DNA from: Candidatus Nitrosopumilus koreensis AR1
GTDB lineage: Archaea; Thermoproteota; Nitrososphaeria; Nitrososphaerales; Nitrosopumilaceae
Direction: 5' to 3'
Length of the DNA stretch: 32,000 bases
NCBI RefSeq assembly: GCF_000299365.1
Contig: NC_018655.1
Location: forward strand, 1,530,001 to 1,562,000
The notes below the pieces were generated by a model that worked only from the letters and a program-made list of their open reading frames with translations, had not been told where the DNA came from and made no database searches. Both the position numbers and the translations under genes were made by a program. Shown here in pieces: positions 27,003 through 32,000 of this stretch (position 1 is the stretch's first letter; every line of letters starts with the position of its first letter).

Positions 27003-27512
27003 CTAATTTTTTACATGTTTTTCATAAAAACCAATAGCTAGTTCTTGTACTTCAGATTGAATGGAACCTGGTCTTTCTTCACGAATTTTTTGAATAGCTT
27101 TCTCTGCGGAAAAATTTTTGTATTTTACAAAATAACATGCAAGTATTGTTCCAGCTCTTCCCATTCCTGCTGCACAATGAACCATCACTGCTTGATCATT
27201 TGTAATTTGTTCATGGATAAAATCTACTGCAGAATCAATTTTTTCCATATCCGGAGCTGTAAAATCAGGTGTAGGTACATGAAGATAATCAATATTTTGT
27301 ACCCAATTATCAGGTAAAGCGTTTTCAGTCATAGTTACAATTGATTTTACACCCTGATTTACAATCCAACCAAATTCATCAAAACTTGTTGGCATACCTG
27401 ATCCTGCTAATTTTTCTTCAATCAGCCAAGAAAAGTTAGTAGGTTTTTTTGTAATTTTTCCATGAACTTTTCTCCAAAGATTACCAGGTTTGCTCATGAT
27501 AGATATCAGCAT
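27003..27512 (-). CDS. Dual-specificity protein phosphatase family
   Basis: VMVHCAAGMGRAGTILACYFV (HCX5R active site). Confidence 0.88.
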   Translation of the reverse strand: MLISIMSKPGNLWRKVHGKITKKPTNFSWLIEEKLAGSGMPTSFDEFGWIVNQGVKSIVTMTENALPDNWVQNIDYLHVPTPDFTAPDMEKIDSAVDFIHEQITNDQAVMVHCAAGMGRAGTILACYFVKYKNFSAEKAIQKIREERPGSIQSEVQELAIGFYEKHVKN

Positions 27513-27545
27513 TTACTATATTTTTAGCATTACGAAAGAACATAG

Positions 27546-28187
27546 TTAGAATGCCACGGCTCTTACAGGAGAACCTGTTGCATCTTTTAGTTTTAGCGGA
27601 AGAATTGTAAAATTAAATTCCTTTGATGAAATTTTATCCAAATTTGCGAGGTTTTCTACTATCAAGATATTATTTTTTGATAAGACATGATGAACAGTAA
27701 ATGATTCATCTTGTCCAAGATCAATGCTAGGTGAATCAATGCCTACAAGGTTTATCTTTTTTTGTACAAGATATTTGGCAGCAGATAATGCTAGTCCAGG
27801 ATTCTCTGTAAAATAATTATTATTTTTAAGATTTTTTTGCCACCCGGTAAAAAAGAAAACAGATGAATTGTTGGGAATATTTCCATTTTTTTTCTCGAAT
27901 TGGAGAATTTCTGATTTTGTGATGGGCGAATTTTTTGATTTTTTTAATTTGACCAATATGGCTTGGCGCATTAGTCTATCAAGTGGAATCTGATCAATTT
28001 TGATACCATTTTTAACAAAATGAAAAGGTGCGTCAAGATGAGTTCCAGTATGTGAGCTTAGAAACAATAACTCAAGATTATATCCATCTTCTTTGATATT
28101 TGACCAAAAAATGAACTGTGGTTTTGGAGAACCGGGAAAACTTGGAATAGATTTGGATATTGTAAGTGTTAGATCTATCGGTTTCAC
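27546..28187 (-). CDS. Cyclase family protein (kynurenine formamidase-like)
   Basis: DLTLTISKSIPSFPGSP, HTGTHLDAPFHF, VGIDSPSIDLG. Confidence 0.85.
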   Translation of the reverse strand: MKPIDLTLTISKSIPSFPGSPKPQFIFWSNIKEDGYNLELLFLSSHTGTHLDAPFHFVKNGIKIDQIPLDRLMRQAILVKLKKSKNSPITKSEILQFEKKNGNIPNNSSVFFFTGWQKNLKNNNYFTENPGLALSAAKYLVQKKINLVGIDSPSIDLGQDESFTVHHVLSKNNILIVENLANLDKISSKEFNFTILPLKLKDATGSPVRAVAF

Positions 28188-28256
28188 ACCAGTAAGACAA
28201 AATGCTAATTAATCAATTTTTGAATTATGAAAAGTTAAATACTCTTTGAGTAAAAA

Positions 28257-28520
28257 TTGCGTGTGCCTACTGCATATGTTCTACTAAATTCTGATTTAGG
28301 ATCAGATGAATCAATCATCAATGAAGTAAAGCAAATCCTTACAGATGAGGATGTCACCTATGAAGTTCAAGGTGTATACGGAGTATACGATATCGTCTTA
28401 AAATTGTCTTCAGATGATGCTGAAAAACTACGTTCAATTATCACCAATAAAATCAGGAAGATTACCAAAGTTCAATCTACTTTAACCATGATGGTCATAG
28501 AAGAACAAGAGAATCTATAG
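28257..28520 (+). CDS. Stand-alone Lrp/AsnC ligand-binding (RAM) domain protein
   Basis: AYVLLNSDLGSDESIINEVKQI...VTYEVQGVYGVYDIVLKLSS; no HTH. Confidence 0.8.
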   Translation: MRVPTAYVLLNSDLGSDESIINEVKQILTDEDVTYEVQGVYGVYDIVLKLSSDDAEKLRSIITNKIRKITKVQSTLTMMVIEEQENL

Positions 28521-29663
28521 TTTCTTTATTGCATCAATTACTGATAGTATTTCTGATTCAGTGTTAAAGAAATGAGGTGATGCTCGTACAATCTTTTTTT
28601 CCATAATTTCTCTTACAGCTAAGATTATGTTTTGTTTTTCAAGTCTGTCAACAAGTTCTTGAGAATCCATTCCATCAATATTAAAAGATACAATACTAGT
28701 TCTAGTATTAGGATCTTCAGGACCAAACAAAATAATTTTTGGAATTTTAGATAATTCTTCTCTGAGAAGATTTGACAAATGTTGATTTTTTTTACGAATG
28801 TTTTCAATTCCAAAATCAAGCAAGTAATTTGCAGAAGATTCTAATCCAACAATTCCAACATAATTTCTAAATCCAGTTTGGAATTTATCAGGAAGTTCTT
28901 TGAATGCTAGATTTGTATCATCATACATAATGGCAGATTCTCCACCAATAGTTTTTGGTTCTAACAGTTCGCTTGATTTTCTATTGCAATAAAACAAACC
29001 AGTGCCCATAGGACCACAAAGCCACTTTGAACCATTAAAGGACATAAAATTACAATTCATTTTAGAAACATTAACATCAATACAACCTACAGTTTGTGCG
29101 CTATCAACAAAAAGAGGCACCTCATCATCAAGAATTTTTGCGATTTTAGATATTGGTAAAATTGAACCAGTGTTATACAAAGCGTGGCTCAGAGCAACTA
29201 ATTTTGTATTACTGTCTATTAGTGATTCTAGATCTTCAAGTTTGAAAAACCCATCTTTGTCAATTGTAAGATTTTTTATGGAAATCTTTTCTTTTAGTTT
29301 TAGCCATGGAAAAAAATTTGAATGGTGTTCATGAGTCATTCCACGTATAATCATGTTTGAATTTTCATTAAATGCAAGACCGTTTGCAACAATATTGATC
29401 CCATCAGTAGTACTTTGAGTTAAAACCACTTCATCAGGTTGACAAGAGATAATTTTTGCTATTGTTTTTCTTACAGATCTTAGTTTTTCAGTTACAAACG
29501 GTTCTGATTCCTTTGAATCAGGGCCAATAGAGTTGTATGATATTAGAAAATCTTTCATTGCTTCAATGCTTTGGGTTGGCATTAGAGAAACTGATGCATT
29601 ATTTAGATAGATTTTATTAGAATTAGGAAAGTCATCTGAGATATCTTTTGATGCTAAATTCAT
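28515..29663 (-). CDS. Class V aminotransferase / cysteine desulfurase-like protein
   Basis: IYLNNASVSLMP, TQSTTDGINIVANGL, HEHHSNFFPW, VDSAQTVG, SFNGSKWLCGPMGTGLFY, FRNYVGIVGL. Confidence 0.82.
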   Translation of the reverse strand: MNLASKDISDDFPNSNKIYLNNASVSLMPTQSIEAMKDFLISYNSIGPDSKESEPFVTEKLRSVRKTIAKIISCQPDEVVLTQSTTDGINIVANGLAFNENSNMIIRGMTHEHHSNFFPWLKLKEKISIKNLTIDKDGFFKLEDLESLIDSNTKLVALSHALYNTGSILPISKIAKILDDEVPLFVDSAQTVGCIDVNVSKMNCNFMSFNGSKWLCGPMGTGLFYCNRKSSELLEPKTIGGESAIMYDDTNLAFKELPDKFQTGFRNYVGIVGLESSANYLLDFGIENIRKKNQHLSNLLREELSKIPKIILFGPEDPNTRTSIVSFNIDGMDSQELVDRLEKQNIILAVREIMEKKIVRASPHFFNTESEILSVIDAIKKL

Positions 29664-29689
29664 TATTATATCTGTAAAATGCTAGATGG

Positions 29690-30286
29690 GTGTTGGATAA
29701 AAGTCCTGACCAAATTTTAGATAGCAAACTAGTTAATATTCAAAATGAATTTAGAGAGAAGATACCCAACATAGTACTTTGTTCAGAGCCATTTCACAAA
29801 GCAGAATTCCTAAATAAATTAATCAACTGTTTTGAGAAACCAGTGATTTTTGTAGATATAGATTTACTTTATACAGGATATGTTGAATCAGGAATAATTC
29901 AGAAAAGAGACAATGTAACAATTCTTCACATAACAAAAGAGAATTGGAAAAAAGAATTTGCAGGAATAATTTCTAAGATCTCAAAAGAAGAGTTTCTTGT
30001 AATTATTGATTCGTTTAATGGCATCTACAACATGTTTGATGATTTAGAATCAGCCATATTCATTAATTCGTGTATCATGTTACTTTCATCATTAGGAAAA
30101 GATACGAGTTCGTCTATTGTCATTACTGCAATGGCTAGGAAAAAAGAAAAGGAGGGTTGGATTCTTACTCCAGGGGGAAAGCAGATCATAAAATCTGCTA
30201 AAACAGGGGTTTACTTTCTAAAGAAGATTGAAAATAACTTGAGTATGCGTTCCATAGATGAAGATTCAAAAAATTTCAAGACATAG
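29690..30286 (+). CDS. RecA/RadB-like ATPase-fold protein lacking an obvious Walker A
   Basis: EEFLVIIDSFNGIYNMF (Walker B-like) and late-core SSIVITAMARKKEKEGWILTPGGKQIIKSAKTGVYFLKK. Confidence 0.45.
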   Translation: MLDKSPDQILDSKLVNIQNEFREKIPNIVLCSEPFHKAEFLNKLINCFEKPVIFVDIDLLYTGYVESGIIQKRDNVTILHITKENWKKEFAGIISKISKEEFLVIIDSFNGIYNMFDDLESAIFINSCIMLLSSLGKDTSSSIVITAMARKKEKEGWILTPGGKQIIKSAKTGVYFLKKIENNLSMRSIDEDSKNFKT

Positions 30287-30327
30287 AAGTGGAAAAAACT
30301 GGTTTTTGTTTGAAAGGCGATCAAAAA

Positions 30328-30365
30328 TCAAACGCCGTTATAAAATTTCAAACGCCGTTATAACG
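30328..30365. repeat. Tandem direct repeat TCAAACGCCGTTATA (x2, 20-bp period) upstream of ferredoxin gene; possible operator
   Basis: Copies at 30328-30342 and 30348-30362; second copy continues into palindrome CGTTATAACG (30356-30365). Confidence 0.6.
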
Positions 30366-30380
30366 TGATATTTTTAGGCA

Positions 30381-30390
30381 AATTATATTA
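30381..30390 (+). promoter_or_regulatory. Probable TATA box for the ferredoxin gene (aattatatta)
   Basis: AT-rich TATA-like element ~27-36 bp upstream of ATG 30417, consistent with archaeal promoters of short-leader mRNAs. Confidence 0.45.
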
Positions 30391-30416
30391 ATGACAAATC
30401 AAGATTTTATTTTGTT

Positions 30417-30716
30417 ATGCCAGTAGGAATTATTCCAGACATAAGCGAACAAATGTGTATCGGATGCGCACTATGTGTAGAAATCTGTACAACACTTGGT
30501 CCAGATGTCCTTAGAGTAAAACCAGTTGAAGGCTGGAAGAGAGGTAAAGCATTTGTCTTTTACCCAGAAAGATGTATTTCTGATGGTGCATGCATCGGTG
30601 TATGCCCAACAAAAGCAATCTTTTGGATGAGACCAATGGACTTTACTGTTGGACAACCAGTTCCACTCCACAAAGATTCAGTCTTCGTAAAAGGTTGGAC
30701 CGAATTAATCGATTAG
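30417..30716 (+). CDS. Ferredoxin, 4Fe-4S dicluster type with one atypical motif
   Basis: CIGCALCVEIC (CX2CX2CX3C) and CISDGACIGVCP (CX2DX2CX3CP). Confidence 0.88.
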   Translation: MPVGIIPDISEQMCIGCALCVEICTTLGPDVLRVKPVEGWKRGKAFVFYPERCISDGACIGVCPTKAIFWMRPMDFTVGQPVPLHKDSVFVKGWTELID

Positions 30717-30748
30717 ATTAGTTCAACTTTTAATTTCTTTTTCTTATT

Positions 30749-31744
30749 TTAGACTTTAACAGCCCCAGGTTTGGTTTTTGATACATCAGGTTTCTTCTTC
30801 AACCAAAATAATACCGCAATAAACATTACAGCTGGAATAAGAATAATGACAATCATCAACTCGTAATATGTTGTCAATCTTTGTGCAGGTTTAATATGAA
30901 AAGTTTCATGAGTAGTCTTTTCTGGATTATCATAAACTGCTGCAGTGAAATCCACTGATCTTTGTTCTTTAGATTCTACACCACCAAACACAGTAACACT
31001 TTCCTCAGCTAAAAGCGATGGAGAGTGAATTCCTTCTATTCTAACTATGATTGAACCAGAATCAGTAAAAACAAAATTTCTGTAATCACCACCAATCTGA
31101 CTTAATCCTTCATCACGGAAAATTTCTTGACCATTTTGAAAAATAACAAAATCATATTTCATTTCTGCAAGATTGGAATTTGTTTGTGGATCATAGAATT
31201 GATATACAAATTGAATTTTTTCATGTGTTTTAATTACCGGAGGATCCCACGACAGATTCACTTCAAGATCTAAATCTGGAGTATATTGTAATAAAGGAAA
31301 TTCAACTTTTTGGCCTGTTGCATCATGTGGATAATCAGGAATCTCCTTTTCAACAACTACAATTCCTTCCATCCAAGGATGAATTGTGCAGAAATAAGAA
31401 AAAGTTCCTGATTCTTCAAATTTGTATGACCAAGAGTCTCCTGGTGAAAACTCTCCACTATCAAATATCCCATCAGGTTTTCCAAAATTTTTATTGTCCA
31501 TCCAACCAAATCGCCCTGGTCCATCACCACTAGTAACTGTATGAGTCTCTCTGTCATCATTATACCAAGTTATTGTATCTCCAACAATGACGTTAATCAA
31601 AGGAGGGTCATACCAAACTTCTGCAGGAGTATTTAGTTCGGGATTGTACGCACCAAACGGGATATCAACTATGTATTCATCTGCAAAAGCAAAAGGAATC
31701 GAGCCTGAGAATAGGATTATTGAAAGTATGAAGAAATAATGCAT
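30749..31744 (-). CDS. Exported, membrane-anchored plastocyanin-like (type 1 copper) protein
   Basis: Signal peptide; GDTITWYNDDRETHTVTSG...GTFSYFCTIHPWMEG copper ligands; C-terminal TM helix YELMIVIILIPAVMFIAVLFW. Confidence 0.88.
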   Translation of the reverse strand: MHYFFILSIILFSGSIPFAFADEYIVDIPFGAYNPELNTPAEVWYDPPLINVIVGDTITWYNDDRETHTVTSGDGPGRFGWMDNKNFGKPDGIFDSGEFSPGDSWSYKFEESGTFSYFCTIHPWMEGIVVVEKEIPDYPHDATGQKVEFPLLQYTPDLDLEVNLSWDPPVIKTHEKIQFVYQFYDPQTNSNLAEMKYDFVIFQNGQEIFRDEGLSQIGGDYRNFVFTDSGSIIVRIEGIHSPSLLAEESVTVFGGVESKEQRSVDFTAAVYDNPEKTTHETFHIKPAQRLTTYYELMIVIILIPAVMFIAVLFWLKKKPDVSKTKPGAVKV

Positions 31745-31891
31745 AAATTAAGAACGTTAAATTTTATAATAAATCTATCAGGTTATTCTCAAAATCGAAA
31801 GTAATTATCAGATGAAAGAATTATTGGAGATGAAATATACTTGGAAATACTAGAAGCCTTGATATTTACATAAAAACAACAAAGAATAAAA

Positions 31892-32000
31892 TTGACAATC
31901 TCAGTAAATCTTGGTAAAAAACTTGTTTTGCTTGTCATGCTTGTAACAATGACTGCTTTAGGAGTCATATCTTACATGAGCATAGATTATTCCACTGAGA
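31892..32000 (+). CDS. N-terminus of a membrane protein, truncated by window edge (TTG start)
   Basis: MTISVNLGKKLVLLVMLVTMTALGVISYMSIDYSTE...: hydrophobic N-terminal helix; open to the edge. Confidence 0.4.
   Translation, partial: MTISVNLGKKLVLLVMLVTMTALGVISYMSIDYSTE

Noticed and set aside
30328-30365. Possible CRISPR-like repeat
   Set aside because: Only two copies with 5-bp spacing; inconsistent with CRISPR and better read as tandem binding sites.

Overview
AT-rich 32 kb window from a marine ammonia-oxidising archaeon (Nitrosopumilus-like Thaumarchaeota/Nitrososphaerota, inferred from gene content). It is gene-dense, mostly core genome: aCPSF1, proteasome beta, SepF, glycerol-1-phosphate dehydrogenase, FKBP and cyclophilin PPIases, class V aminotransferases, NadM, RtcA, BluB and CobJ (cobalamin), TyrRS, aspartate kinase, PCNA, TFS, RpoL, a ferredoxin and a membrane cupredoxin. 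There are also two tRNA genes, one with an apparent D-loop intron. I see no CRISPR array, transposon, phage module or recognisable defence system. The points most worth a second look are: (1) the glycerol-1-phosphate dehydrogenase gene is split by a -1 frame change exactly at an in-phase A_AAA_AAA heptamer; (2) two tandem ~50-aa micro-paralogs (26692-27001) missed by the ORF track; (3) a 39-aa Cys-rich microprotein starting with TTG (11878-11997); (4) two small divergent zinc-ribbon genes (14377-14768); (5) a ferredoxin with a CX2DX2CX3C second motif and tandem 15-bp repeats upstream of its likely promoter; (6) a soluble MtrA-like protein in a non-methanogen; (7) unusual tRNA features. Identifications are by eye from protein motifs; no database search was run.
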